From contig OZ243916.1 in NCBI GenBank assembly GCA_965213675.1, forward strand, positions 3,776,001 to 3,840,000: a stretch of 64,000 bases of DNA. Reading direction: 5' to 3'. Shown one piece after another: positions 10,515 through 20,156 of the stretch (positions are counted from its first letter, which is position 1; each line of letters opens with the position of its first letter). The position numbers were made by a program, and so were the translations under genes. A model generated the notes under the pieces. The model was not told the DNA's origin and ran no database searches. It saw nothing but the letters and a program-made list of their open reading frames with translations. Source of the stretch: an uncultured Candidatus Binatia bacterium. Lineage in GTDB: Bacteria; Desulfobacterota; Binatia; UBA9968; JAJDTQ01.

Positions 10515-11828
10515 ATGGGTTTCTTGCCTCGTACCAGGTTCACTGCCCTGGTTGTCGCCGCCGTCGTGCTGCTCGGCGCTGGCGCCGCCGCGGCCCAGAC
10601 CGTCAAGGTGGCGGTTCCGACGTTCCTTACAGGCGGCGGCGCGCCCACCTACGGCGTCCCGGCCAAGAACGGCGTGGAGCTGGTGGTCCGCGCCATCAAC
10701 GAAGGCACCCTGCCGGCGCCCTACAGCAGTGTGGGGATGGCGGGCCGCAAGGTGGATCTGGTGGTGTACGACGAAAGCGGCGGCGGCACCAAGCAGGTCA
10801 CGGAACTGCGCAACAAGGTGCAGAAGGAGGGCGTGGACGTCGTGGCCGGCTACATCTCCTCCGGGAGCTGCGCCGCCATCGCCCGGGTGGCCGAGGAGCT
10901 CAAGGTCCTGACCCTTCTGTCGATTTGCGGCACGCCGCGCATCTTCGAGGAGCTGGTGAAGGAGCCGAAGTATCTCTTCCGCATCATCAACCACAGCACC
11001 GGCGGCAACGTGGGCGCCGCCCACTACGTCGTCAGGAAGCTCCGGGGCGAACTCAAGGACGGCTACATGGGCATCAACCAGAACTACGCCTGGGGCCAGG
11101 ATGCCTGGCGCGATTTCAACCTGGCCATGCAGACCCTGTCGCCGGAGTTCAAGCCCGCCAAGAAGCAGCAGTTCCCCAAGCTGTTCTCCGGCCAATACGG
11201 CACCGAGATCTCGGTGCTGCTCAGGGCCAAGGAGAAGCTGGTGCACTCGAGCTTCTGGGGAGGCGACCTCGAGGCCTTCATCGCCCAGGGTTCGGCCAGG
11301 GGACTGTTCAAGCGCAAGAAGTTCGTCCTCCCGGTGGGCGAGATCACGGCCCACCGCCTCGGCAAGAAGTTCCCGAAGGGTCAGCTCGCGCGCGGTCCCT
11401 ACGGATTGTACGCGGAGGGTATCGACACCCCGCTCAACAAGTGGTTCCGGAGCGAATTCCGCAAGGAATACAAGCAGTCGCCCTCGTCGCCGGCCTATCA
11501 CTACGCCGACAGCATCCTGGCCGCCAAGTACGCCTACGACACGGCCATGAAAGCCAACGGCGGCAAGTTCCCGTCCACGGACCAGGTGATCCAGGCGCTG
11601 GAGCACGCCACCTTCGACATCCTCGCCGCCAAGGTCAAGATGTCCCTCGGCAAGGGGCATCAGGCGGTCACGTCGGACCGCTGGGGCTATGCCGAGTGGG
11701 ACGATGCCAAGGGCGAGATCGTGGTCCGGGATGTGGTGGAGTTCAAGGCCGAGTGCGTGAACCCGCCTGAAGGGGTCCACGCGGCGGACTGGGTCAAGGG
11801 AGGCATGAAGGGCGCCAAGTGCGGCTGA
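10515..11828 (+). CDS. Branched-chain amino acid-type ABC substrate-binding protein
   Basis: Signal peptide (..AAAAQ), SD GGAGG, GYISSG, NQNYAWGQD; leads a LivHMGF-type operon. Confidence 0.9.
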   Translation: MGFLPRTRFTALVVAAVVLLGAGAAAAQTVKVAVPTFLTGGGAPTYGVPAKNGVELVVRAINEGTLPAPYSSVGMAGRKVDLVVYDESGGGTKQVTELRNKVQKEGVDVVAGYISSGSCAAIARVAEELKVLTLLSICGTPRIFEELVKEPKYLFRIINHSTGGNVGAAHYVVRKLRGELKDGYMGINQNYAWGQDAWRDFNLAMQTLSPEFKPAKKQQFPKLFSGQYGTEISVLLRAKEKLVHSSFWGGDLEAFIAQGSARGLFKRKKFVLPVGEITAHRLGKKFPKGQLARGPYGLYAEGIDTPLNKWFRSEFRKEYKQSPSSPAYHYADSILAAKYAYDTAMKANGGKFPSTDQVIQALEHATFDILAAKVKMSLGKGHQAVTSDRWGYAEWDDAKGEIVVRDVVEFKAECVNPPEGVHAADWVKGGMKGAKCG

Positions 11829-11854
11829 GCGGCGCTTCGGTCTAGTGTCTTCGT

Positions 11855-11895
11855 GACCCGGGCGCCGCACAGCGGCGCCCGGGTCCGTTTCTTTC
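11855..11895 (+). terminator. Stem-loop after SBP gene (terminator or mRNA stabiliser)
   Basis: GACCCGGGCGCCGC-ACA-GCGGCGCCCGGGTC followed by CGTTTCTTTC. Confidence 0.65.
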
Positions 11896-11917
11896 ATTCC
11901 CGCGCACGGGGGAACCG

Positions 11918-12820
11918 TTGGATCCCGAGCTGCTACTCATCATCCTCGTCGACGGACTCGTCTACGGTTCGTACCTGTTCATGGTGGCGGTGGGCCTGAC
12001 GGTCATCTGCGGCGTCCAGAAGATTCTCAACGTCACCCACGGAGCGCTCTACGCATTCGGCGCCTATCTCGCGGCCACGCTGCTGATCCTCTATTTTCGC
12101 GTGGACTGGCCCGAGTTCGGCGCCTTCGCCGTCATGTTGTTGGCGGCGCTCTTCCTCGGCGTGGTTTTCGGCGTGATCATCGAGCGCGGCCTGCTGCGCC
12201 ATCTCTACCACGAGGACGAGCACATCATCGTGCTGGCAACCTTTGCGGCTTTCCTGGTGCTGGAGGACGTGCTGCTGCTGATCTGGGGCACCGATCCCTA
12301 TCTTGCCCCGGAGCCTCTCGGGCTGCTGGGCGCGACGGAGATCGCCGGGCTGCCCTTCGACAACTACAGCCTGTCCATGGTGCTGCTGTCGGCGGTGGTG
12401 GCCGCGGTGCTCTGGTACGGGCTCAACCGCACCCAGTTCGGAAAGCTGCTCCTGGCGGTGATTTACGACCGGGAGCTGGCGCAGGCCATGGGGATCAACG
12501 TCAACCGCGTCTTTCTGCTGACCTTCATGGTCGGCTCGTTCCTGGGGGCGCTGGGCGGCGCCTACCAGGCGCCGGCGATCTCGGTGCAGCCTGGGATTGG
12601 CGTGGAGGTGATCGTGCTGGCCTTCGCCGTGGTGGTCATCGGCGGCATGGGGAGCATTCCCGGCGCGCTCATCGGCTCGGTGATCGTGGGCGTGGCGCGG
12701 GCGTTCGCGGTGCACCAGGAGCCGGCCCTGGAGCTGTTCGTCATCTACATGATCATGGCCGTGGTCCTCATCGTCCGGCCGCAGGGGCTGTTCGCGCCGG
12801 CCAGGCCGAGGACCATATGA
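11918..12820 (+). CDS. livH: BCAA-type ABC permease (LivH-like)
   Basis: GLVYGSYLFMVAVGLT..LNVTHG, AQAMGIN, VVVIGGMGSIPGA, RPQGL. Confidence 0.9.
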   Translation: MDPELLLIILVDGLVYGSYLFMVAVGLTVICGVQKILNVTHGALYAFGAYLAATLLILYFRVDWPEFGAFAVMLLAALFLGVVFGVIIERGLLRHLYHEDEHIIVLATFAAFLVLEDVLLLIWGTDPYLAPEPLGLLGATEIAGLPFDNYSLSMVLLSAVVAAVLWYGLNRTQFGKLLLAVIYDRELAQAMGINVNRVFLLTFMVGSFLGALGGAYQAPAISVQPGIGVEVIVLAFAVVVIGGMGSIPGALIGSVIVGVARAFAVHQEPALELFVIYMIMAVVLIVRPQGLFAPARPRTI

Positions 12821-13809
12821 GCTGGCGCCAGGACAAGACACTCTGGGGCCTCACCCTCGGCCTCGCGGCGCTGCTGCTGCTCAACTTCGTGGTGCCCGAC
12901 TGGTTCCGCAACATCCTGACGCTTTCGCTGGCACGGGGCGCGGTGGCGCTGGGTCTGCTGGTGCTGTGGCGCTGCGGGCTGATCTCCTTCGGCCACGCGC
13001 TCTATTTCGGCTGCGGCGCCTACACCGCGGGGCTCATGAGCCGGTACCTGGACCTCACCGACGCGTTTCTTGCCATCGCATGCGGGGTGGTGACCGCGGG
13101 CCTTCTGGCGTACGGCCTGGGGTTCCTGCTGCGGCAGTACCGGGGCATCTTCTTCGCGCTTTTGAACATGGCGTTCTCCATGATCCTCTATGGCGTGCTG
13201 GCCAAGCTGGAAGAGTTGGGGTCCACCGACGGCATCAGCCTGGAGGCAACCACCTACCTCTGGTACGCGCCGCTGGGGGCGGCGAACAAGACCGCGCTGT
13301 TTGTGTTCGCGGCCATGCTGACTTGGGGGGTGGCGGTGCTGGTGCACCTCTACCTGCGTTCCACCTTGGGCCACATGACCACCGCGGTGCGGGAGAACGA
13401 GATCCGCCTTGGCTACCTGGGCTATTCCGGGGAGCGGGCGGTCCATGCGAAATACGTGATCTCCGGATTGCTGGGCGGTTTCGGCGGCGCCGTCGCCGCT
13501 CTCACCATCGGTCACGTGGACCCGGACTCCATGGTCTACTGGCCGGTGTCCGGGGACTTCGTCTTCATCGCCATCCTGAGCGGCACCGGCAATGTCGCCG
13601 CGCCGTTCATCGGCGCGCTGCTGTACGAGCTGATCCGCACCTACGCCTTCGATCAGTTCCCGCAGATCTGGCAGTTGATCATGGGCGGCACGCTGCTGGC
13701 CATCATCATGTTTCTCCCCAACGGGCTGTGGTCGCTGGTGGAACGGCGGCGAATCAGGGTGGGGAAGGGCTCCCCCGACCGGCTCCGGACGAAAGAGGAA
13801 GAGGCATAG
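12817..13809 (+). CDS. livM: BCAA-type ABC permease (LivM-like)
   Basis: GLISFGHALYFGCGAY, AVRENE, PNGL; ATGA overlap with livH. Confidence 0.9.
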   Translation: MSWRQDKTLWGLTLGLAALLLLNFVVPDWFRNILTLSLARGAVALGLLVLWRCGLISFGHALYFGCGAYTAGLMSRYLDLTDAFLAIACGVVTAGLLAYGLGFLLRQYRGIFFALLNMAFSMILYGVLAKLEELGSTDGISLEATTYLWYAPLGAANKTALFVFAAMLTWGVAVLVHLYLRSTLGHMTTAVRENEIRLGYLGYSGERAVHAKYVISGLLGGFGGAVAALTIGHVDPDSMVYWPVSGDFVFIAILSGTGNVAAPFIGALLYELIRTYAFDQFPQIWQLIMGGTLLAIIMFLPNGLWSLVERRRIRVGKGSPDRLRTKEEEA

Positions 13810-13815
13810 CCGGTC

Positions 13816-15267
13816 ATGTCCGCGGTCCTGGAAGTCCACGATTTGGAGAAGTCCTTCGGCGCGGTGGTGGCCGCCCGAGACATTAACGTCGTGGTGGAGG
13901 AGGGCGAGACCATCGGCGTCATCGGCGCCAACGGCGCGGGCAAGACCACCTTCGTCAACCTGGTCACCGGCCATCTCCGCCCGAGCGGCGGCACCGTGGA
14001 GTTCATGGGCCGCAGCATTCTCGGGCTCTCGGTGCGCGCCATCGCGCGCCTGGGCCTGTGCCGCTCCTTTCAGGTGCCCCAGGTCTTCCTCTCGGAGACC
14101 GTCGCCGACAACCTGACGATGGCCTTTGGCGTTGCGGAGGAGGACGGGGCGGGCCTGCTGGCGCCGCTCATGGGGCAGGAGCGGGAGGCGCGGGTGGAAG
14201 CCCACTTGGCGCGCTACCAGATCGCGGAGTACCGGGACGTCATCGGCTCCGCGCTGCCCCAGGGCATCCGCAAGCTTCTGGACATCGCCATGGCCACGGT
14301 GCGCAAGCCCAGGCTGCTCATGCTGGACGAGCCCACCAGCGGCATCAGCGCGGAGGAGAAGTTCGCGATCATGGACATCCTGATGGCGGCGCTGAAGGAG
14401 GAGCGCACCACCGTGTTGTTCATCGAGCACGACATGGAGATCGTCGAACGCTACGTGGACCGCGTGCTCGCCTTCTATCAGGGCGAGATCATCTGTGACG
14501 CCCCCACCAGGCAGGCTCTGCGGGACGAAGGGGTGCGGGAATACGTGCTCGGCCGTGAGCCGGCCGCTGGTGCGGAAGCGCCGCCGGCGCCCGCGCGGGA
14601 TGCTCCGTCCGGCGACGATACCTTGTCGGTCAGCGGTCTCGACGTGAGCATCGGCGCCACGCCGATATTGCGCGGGGTGCATCTCGGCGTCCCGTCGGGG
14701 TCCATGTGCGGCCTCATCGGCCGCAACGGCGCGGGCAAGACCACCTTCATGCGCGCGGTCATGGGCGCGCTGTCCGCTCAGCGGGGCACGGTGCGGCTCG
14801 GCGACGTCGACCTTGCCGCGACCCCGGCCCATCACCGCGCCCATCTGGGCATCGGCTTCATGCCCGAGGACCGCCGGCTGGTGCCCGAGCTGACCGCCGA
14901 GGAGAACATTCTGCTGCCCGTGTGGGCCACCGCCGCAGCCAACGTCCAGGAGCGGCTGCGGTGGATCTATGGCCTGATGCCTGAAGTGGAGGAGTTCCGC
15001 GGGCGCGGCGCCACCAGCCTCTCCGGCGGCCAGCAGAAGTTCGTCGCCTTCGCCCGCGCCCTCATGTGCGGCACCCGGTTGTTGCTGCTGGACGAGCCGG
15101 GGGAGGGCATCGCGCCGATCTTCGCCCAGCGCATGGTGGAAATCCTCGACGACCTCAAGAAGGAGGGCGCCTCCGTTCTGGTCGCCGAGTCCAACGATGT
15201 CCACATCGCCAGGCTCCTCGACCGGACCTTCGTCATCGAACGCGGCAGCATCGTGGGCGACGGGTAG
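13816..15267 (+). CDS. Fused LivG-LivF double ABC ATPase
   Basis: Two Walker A motifs (GANGAGKTT, GRNGAGKTT) and two Walker B motifs (LMLDEP, LLLDEP) joined by a Pro/Ala linker. Confidence 0.9.
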   Translation: MSAVLEVHDLEKSFGAVVAARDINVVVEEGETIGVIGANGAGKTTFVNLVTGHLRPSGGTVEFMGRSILGLSVRAIARLGLCRSFQVPQVFLSETVADNLTMAFGVAEEDGAGLLAPLMGQEREARVEAHLARYQIAEYRDVIGSALPQGIRKLLDIAMATVRKPRLLMLDEPTSGISAEEKFAIMDILMAALKEERTTVLFIEHDMEIVERYVDRVLAFYQGEIICDAPTRQALRDEGVREYVLGREPAAGAEAPPAPARDAPSGDDTLSVSGLDVSIGATPILRGVHLGVPSGSMCGLIGRNGAGKTTFMRAVMGALSAQRGTVRLGDVDLAATPAHHRAHLGIGFMPEDRRLVPELTAEENILLPVWATAAANVQERLRWIYGLMPEVEEFRGRGATSLSGGQQKFVAFARALMCGTRLLLLDEPGEGIAPIFAQRMVEILDDLKKEGASVLVAESNDVHIARLLDRTFVIERGSIVGDG

Positions 15268-15373
15268 AGAAATGACGCCATGGACCGCGGATTGAGGTGA
15301 ACCGTGGCCCGACTTGTGGTAGTTTATGAATGCGACAGGACGTTTGAGCAGAGAAAGAAAAAGGAAGCACTGA

Positions 15374-16195
15374 ATGCCAACGCGAGTCCCCAATCTGTTG
15401 AATATTGTGTTGTTCTCCACGGTCGTGGTGGGTGCGGCCATCGGCTTGCCAGCCTACGCGTACTTTTACGGCTATTCCTGGGTCGATTGGGCCATGTTCG
15501 TGATCCTCTATATGATCACCGGACTTGGCATCACCGTGGGATACCATCGCCTGCTGGCTCATCGAAGTTTTGCCTGCACCGACTGGGTGAAGGGCCTTCT
15601 CCTGATCGCGGGAGGATGGGCTTTGCAAAACTCGGGTCTCCGATGGACGGCGGATCATATCCGCCATCATGCCCGATGCGACCAGGAGGAAGATCCCTAT
15701 AGCGCCAAGCTGGGATTCTGGCACAGTCATTGTGGCTGGCTGTTCTGGTCGGATCCCCATCAGGACGACCGGTTCGCCCGCAAGCTGCAACAGGACGCCG
15801 TGGTGATGTGGCAACATCGTTACTACGTTCCCATCGTGGTCTCCGGCCTGGCGCTTCCCTTCGTGGTGGGCTTCCTGTACGACGGCTGGTTCGGAGGGCT
15901 GGGATGTTTTCTGCTCGCTGGAGTCGGGCGGACCTTCTTCGTCCTGAACTCCACGTTTTGCATCAATTCCATTTGCCACCTGTGGGGCGCCCAACCTCAC
16001 GGAACAGCCGATTCCAGTCGTGACAGTTGGTGGGTCTCCCTCATCACCTTCGGAGAGGGCTACCACAACTATCACCACCGCTATCAAAGCGACTACCGGA
16101 ACGGCCCCCAGTGGTACAATTTCGATCCATCGAAATGGCTGATCTACAGTCTTTCCGTGGTGGGGCTGGCCAGTTCCCTGCGCCGGTACTCCTGA
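15374..16195 (+). CDS. Delta-9-type acyl-CoA/acyl-lipid fatty acid desaturase
   Basis: His boxes HRLLAH, HIRHH, GEGYHNYHH; DPSKW. Confidence 0.93.
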   Translation: MPTRVPNLLNIVLFSTVVVGAAIGLPAYAYFYGYSWVDWAMFVILYMITGLGITVGYHRLLAHRSFACTDWVKGLLLIAGGWALQNSGLRWTADHIRHHARCDQEEDPYSAKLGFWHSHCGWLFWSDPHQDDRFARKLQQDAVVMWQHRYYVPIVVSGLALPFVVGFLYDGWFGGLGCFLLAGVGRTFFVLNSTFCINSICHLWGAQPHGTADSSRDSWWVSLITFGEGYHNYHHRYQSDYRNGPQWYNFDPSKWLIYSLSVVGLASSLRRYS

Positions 16196-16395
16196 TCGGG
16201 ACAGGACACGGGCGCGCGCTGCCCCCAGCGCCTACCCGCTCGTTGCCGGCAACACTGGAGACCGTGCAGGGTCGCCACGACGGAACCCGTCAATTCGTCC
16301 CACCGTTTGGTCCGCCCGGACACGAGACCGCCGAACCCCGGAGCCCGTGGTTCAGGCCGTGCAGTCCATCCGTCGCGCCCGCTCCACGGTGGGCG

Positions 16396-17031
16396 TCAGG
16401 CCGGAGCGAGCACGAAGTCGAAGCGTCCGAGCCGGCCTTGGGGTGTGCGCGTCAGGTCCATCAACAGGTCGGCGTGGTAGATCCAGTCCCGCGCGTTCTC
16501 GCCGGACACGTCGGGAAAGAAGAGCTGGGTGGTGAGCAGGCGCGTGGACGGGCCCTGAATCTTGACGTGGATGTGCGGCGTGCGCCCTGTGTAGCGCACG
16601 GGCCGGATGGTCTCGAAGCGAAACGCCCCGGCGGCATCGGTGTATTGGTGGCCGCGATACCGGAAGCCCGAATTGTCGTAGCGGCCGTTCTCGTCGGTAT
16701 GCCAGATGTCCACCACGGCGCCGGCGATGGGACGGCAGTCCGGCGAAAGCACCAGGCCCTGCAGCACGAGCGGCTGGCCGCCCGTGTCCGGCTCCCGTAG
16801 ATGGGTGCGGAGCGGCGTGTCCGGTGTGTAGAACGGCCCCTCGGTCAGCTCGGGAATGGCGCGTGTGCAGTCAAGCGGCGGAGCGAGTCCAAGGGAACGG
16901 TTCGCCGCGGGACCGGAGAAGGGATAGCCCAGGAGCGTCGCCCGAGTACGGGCCAGACAGGAAAGGGTGGTGACACCTGCCGCCGCCGCCGCAATCAAGG
17001 CGGCGCGACGGGAGTACGTACGCTTGAACAT
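16396..17031 (-). CDS. Intradiol ring-cleavage dioxygenase-like protein with Tat-like leader
   Basis: TEGPFY, DIWHTDENGRY, YTGRTPHIHVK, TQLFFP; N-terminal SRRAAL. Confidence 0.85.
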   Translation of the reverse strand: MFKRTYSRRAALIAAAAAGVTTLSCLARTRATLLGYPFSGPAANRSLGLAPPLDCTRAIPELTEGPFYTPDTPLRTHLREPDTGGQPLVLQGLVLSPDCRPIAGAVVDIWHTDENGRYDNSGFRYRGHQYTDAAGAFRFETIRPVRYTGRTPHIHVKIQGPSTRLLTTQLFFPDVSGENARDWIYHADLLMDLTRTPQGRLGRFDFVLAPA

Positions 17032-17066
17032 GAAAAAATCATAAGCCGACCCGGGAGGATTGTAAA

Positions 17067-17456
17067 ACGGACTCCAGCCAAAGCCACGACTTTCTGCTTT
17101 ATGACGGCGAATGCGTCTACTGCCGGACATATGCACGGAAGTCCAGAATCAGGACAGGCAACGGGAAGCGGCTGCGCTTCATCGATGGCAGGAACGCCCC
17201 GCAACTGGTCGAGGAGTTCCGGCAGGACGGATGCGATATCGAGGACGGCATGATCCTGGTTCTGGAGGGGCGGCGTTACCAGGGACCCGAGGCCATGGAA
17301 GTATTGGGTTCCATGGCCACCGAACCCGGCTGGGTCAACAGGCTGACGCGATGGGTGGGGTCCAGCCCCGAACGGGCGCGCTTCGTCTATCCGTGGTTCC
17401 GGCGCTTGCGCCGGGCGGGTCTCTGGATGGCCGGCAAGTCGGGTTTCCGGCGATGA
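17067..17456 (+). CDS. DCC1-like/DUF393 thiol-disulfide oxidoreductase family protein (non-canonical start)
   Basis: In-frame LLYDGECVYCRTY upstream of the called ORF at 17250; GGAGG at 17054-58 then ACG at 17067; no in-frame ATG/GTG/TTG between upstream TGA 17031 and the CxxC. Confidence 0.75.
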   Translation, partial: TDSSQSHDFLLYDGECVYCRTYARKSRIRTGNGKRLRFIDGRNAPQLVEEFRQDGCDIEDGMILVLEGRRYQGPEAMEVLGSMATEPGWVNRLTRWVGSSPERARFVYPWFRRLRRAGLWMAGKSGFRR

Positions 17457-17485
17457 AGGCGGACAGCGGCCAACGTCGAAATCGC

Positions 17486-19090
17486 TTACACGTTCGTCTT
17501 CGCCTCTGCTGTCCCCGCCGCACCCGCCACCGCTGCGGGCGTCCCCTGCCCCCTGCGCGTCTTCAGGAACCACACCATCGCCACCAGCCCCAGGTACATG
17601 AGGCCGATCATGATGAAGAGCTGGTGGTAGGCGAGGGTGACGCCTTCGTTCAGGAGGCTGTATCCGAACAGTGACAGGGCGCGTTGGTCGAGGGCGATAC
17701 CGTATTGCCCGGCGTGCTGGAGCATGGCGCCGAGCTGGGCCAGGACGTCGTCGCGCAGGGGTTCGTTCAGGCGGGCGCCCAGCGCGGGAGTCATGGCTTC
17801 GACCTTGTAGAAGATGTGGCGTTCCAGGAGGAAGCTCAGGGTGGCGATGCCGAAGGCTTCGCCGAGGCCGCGGGCGAGGCCCAGGATACCGCTGCCCATG
17901 CGCGATTCGCCCTCGGGAAGCGCGCCCAGGGCGATGGAGTTGAGCGGCGCGTTGATGGTGGACTGGCCGATGCTCTTGAGTATCACCAGAAAGAAGATCA
18001 CGCCCACGCCGGTCCAGATGGTGACGCCGGAGAGACCGAACAGTGTCACCGTCAAGAGCGCGAGTCCCGTCACCAGCAGGATTTTGGGTCCGAACCGGTC
18101 CGACAGCATGCCCGCGAAGGGCGACACGATGCCCACGGCGACGGCCGCGGGGAGCATGAAGATGCCGGCCTGCAGGGGCGGGTAGAAGAGCGCCTTCTGG
18201 AGAAACAGGTTCAGGATGAAGCTGGTGCCGCGGAAGCCCATCACGCGGATCAACACGATCATGCTGGAGATGCTGAAGTTGAGGTTCTTGAAGTAACGGA
18301 TCTGCACGTAGGGGTGCTCGGCCCTCAGCTCGGCAATGATGAACGCCGCGATGAGCAGTGCGGCGGCGCCGAACAGCGACAGGACCCGATGGCTGGTCCA
18401 GCCCGCGGCCTGGCCCTGGGTGAGGCCCAGGAGCAGCGTCACCAACCCGCCCGTGAGGGTGAGAAACCCCAGTAGGTCGAAGGCGGAAGGCTGGCGGGAC
18501 GCGGACCGCCGGGGAAGGATGAACATCGCCGCCATGACGGCCAGGCTCAAGGTTGGCAGTGGCAGGTAGAAGATCGTCCGCCAGCTTATGTACTGGGCCA
18601 GGTAGCCCCCCGCCGGAGGTCCGAAGAACGGCCCCAGCGACCACCCGGTCATGAACAGCCCCATGGCCAGCCCGCGCTCATTGCGCGGGAAGGCCTCGTA
18701 CATGATGGACATGGATACGCCGATGAGCGGCCCCACCCCCATGCCCTGGATGATGCGGAAGAAGATCAGCGAGTTGACGTCCCAGGCGATGGAGCACAGG
18801 AACGAGCCCGCGCCGAAGGCGGCGGCGCTCAGGATGAACAGGTTGCGGTCGCCGATGCGCTGTCCCAGCCAGCCCACGCAGGGAATCAGAACGGTGCGGG
18901 TGATCATGAACGCGATCAGCACCCACTGGATCCGGTGGAGCGATGTGCCCAAAGACGACATCATCGCCGGGATGGCGGTGTCGACGCCGGTGATGCCCAG
19001 CCCGACGCTGATCATCCCCAGGGAAAGGGTGATGGTAATGGGCCACTTCCGGGAGGGATCGTAGATCTGGACGGGAGGTGCGGGCGTCAT
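17486..19090 (-). CDS. DHA2 (EmrB/QacA) MFS efflux permease
   Basis: 14-TM pattern, WLGQRIGDRN, FRIIQGMG, GPFFGPPAGG, SWRTIFY. Confidence 0.9.
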   Translation of the reverse strand: MTPAPPVQIYDPSRKWPITITLSLGMISVGLGITGVDTAIPAMMSSLGTSLHRIQWVLIAFMITRTVLIPCVGWLGQRIGDRNLFILSAAAFGAGSFLCSIAWDVNSLIFFRIIQGMGVGPLIGVSMSIMYEAFPRNERGLAMGLFMTGWSLGPFFGPPAGGYLAQYISWRTIFYLPLPTLSLAVMAAMFILPRRSASRQPSAFDLLGFLTLTGGLVTLLLGLTQGQAAGWTSHRVLSLFGAAALLIAAFIIAELRAEHPYVQIRYFKNLNFSISSMIVLIRVMGFRGTSFILNLFLQKALFYPPLQAGIFMLPAAVAVGIVSPFAGMLSDRFGPKILLVTGLALLTVTLFGLSGVTIWTGVGVIFFLVILKSIGQSTINAPLNSIALGALPEGESRMGSGILGLARGLGEAFGIATLSFLLERHIFYKVEAMTPALGARLNEPLRDDVLAQLGAMLQHAGQYGIALDQRALSLFGYSLLNEGVTLAYHQLFIMIGLMYLGLVAMVWFLKTRRGQGTPAAVAGAAGTAEAKTNV

Positions 19091-19108
19091 GGCGCGGCGG
19101 GACCCCGG

Positions 19109-19987
19109 TTACGGGCGTGCGACGCCGGCCGGCGTCGCGCTTTGCCCGCCATCCGGCTTCTCGATCCGGACCACCGCGAGCATGCCCACCCGGAGCCTGC
19201 CGCCGGCGTTCTTCACCGCGATCTTCACCGGCAGCTTCTGCGTGGACTTGATGAACACCCCGGTCAGTTTCTGCGGCGAGAACAGGGAAAACTCCGACGT
19301 CGTGGCCCCGCCCACTCCCCTGACCTCGCCCTCGAACTCGACGCCGGGATACGAGTCCAGCCTGACGGTGGCCTTGCTGCCGGGCCTCACGAAGCGGATT
19401 TCGGTCTCGTCCACATTGGCTTCCACCCAGTAGCGGCTTGTGTCCACCACCATGAACACCGGCTGGCCCGGCTGCACGAATTCGCCCCGGTGGACGTTCT
19501 TCTTCACCACCATGCCCGCGACCGGACTCCGGAGCGTCATGATCCCCAACCGGAACTCCAACTCCTGCAGGGCCGCCTCGGCCTCCCGCACCCGGGCCGT
19601 CTCCGCCAGCAGGCCGGCGTTGGAGCCTTCTTCGCCGCGCCCCGCTCCGTCCCCCGCACCGACCTCCCGCCGGGCCTGCTGCAACCGGCTTCGAGCGTAG
19701 TCCAGCGCCGCCTTGCGCCGCTGGATGCGAAGGGCGATCGCGCGCGTATCCAGCTGCGCCATGACGTCGCCGGGCGCCACCGCTTCGCCCTCGTCTTTGG
19801 CCAGCGCGCTGATCCTTCCGGGCACGCCCGCGCTGATGGTGACGATGTCGGCCTTGACCCGCGCGTCATCGGTGGTGATGGCGCCCAGCGACGACCACAC
19901 CCACGCGCCCACCGCCGCCGCGCCCAGCAGCATCACGATGGCGGTGCCCGCGAGCCATCTCTTCTTGTTCGATTCGCTTGCAGCCAT
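19109..19987 (-). CDS. EmrA/HlyD-family membrane fusion protein
   Basis: N-terminal TM, TDDARV, WVEANVDETEI, ATTSEFSL..KSTQKLPVKI. Confidence 0.9.
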   Translation of the reverse strand: MAASESNKKRWLAGTAIVMLLGAAAVGAWVWSSLGAITTDDARVKADIVTISAGVPGRISALAKDEGEAVAPGDVMAQLDTRAIALRIQRRKAALDYARSRLQQARREVGAGDGAGRGEEGSNAGLLAETARVREAEAALQELEFRLGIMTLRSPVAGMVVKKNVHRGEFVQPGQPVFMVVDTSRYWVEANVDETEIRFVRPGSKATVRLDSYPGVEFEGEVRGVGGATTSEFSLFSPQKLTGVFIKSTQKLPVKIAVKNAGGRLRVGMLAVVRIEKPDGGQSATPAGVARP

Positions 19988-20156
19988 GGGCGTCAGTGCC
20001 TGATGCGTTTCCGGATGTCGAACTCCTTACCCACGGCGCAAGCTCCCGGGCCACGCCGGCGGGATCTCTTGGGATGGCGCGTGTCCCTTTCGTATAGCGT
20101 GCCGTGGGGCACGCCGCGAACGCATGGGCCACTGTCCATGCCGTGGGGAATCCCGT

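Noticed and set aside
12745-15441. 898-aa minus-strand ORF and many other long overlapping ORFs (e.g. 32558-35074, 55529-57424)
   Set aside because: Antisense or alternative-frame shadows of real genes in high-GC DNA; no motifs
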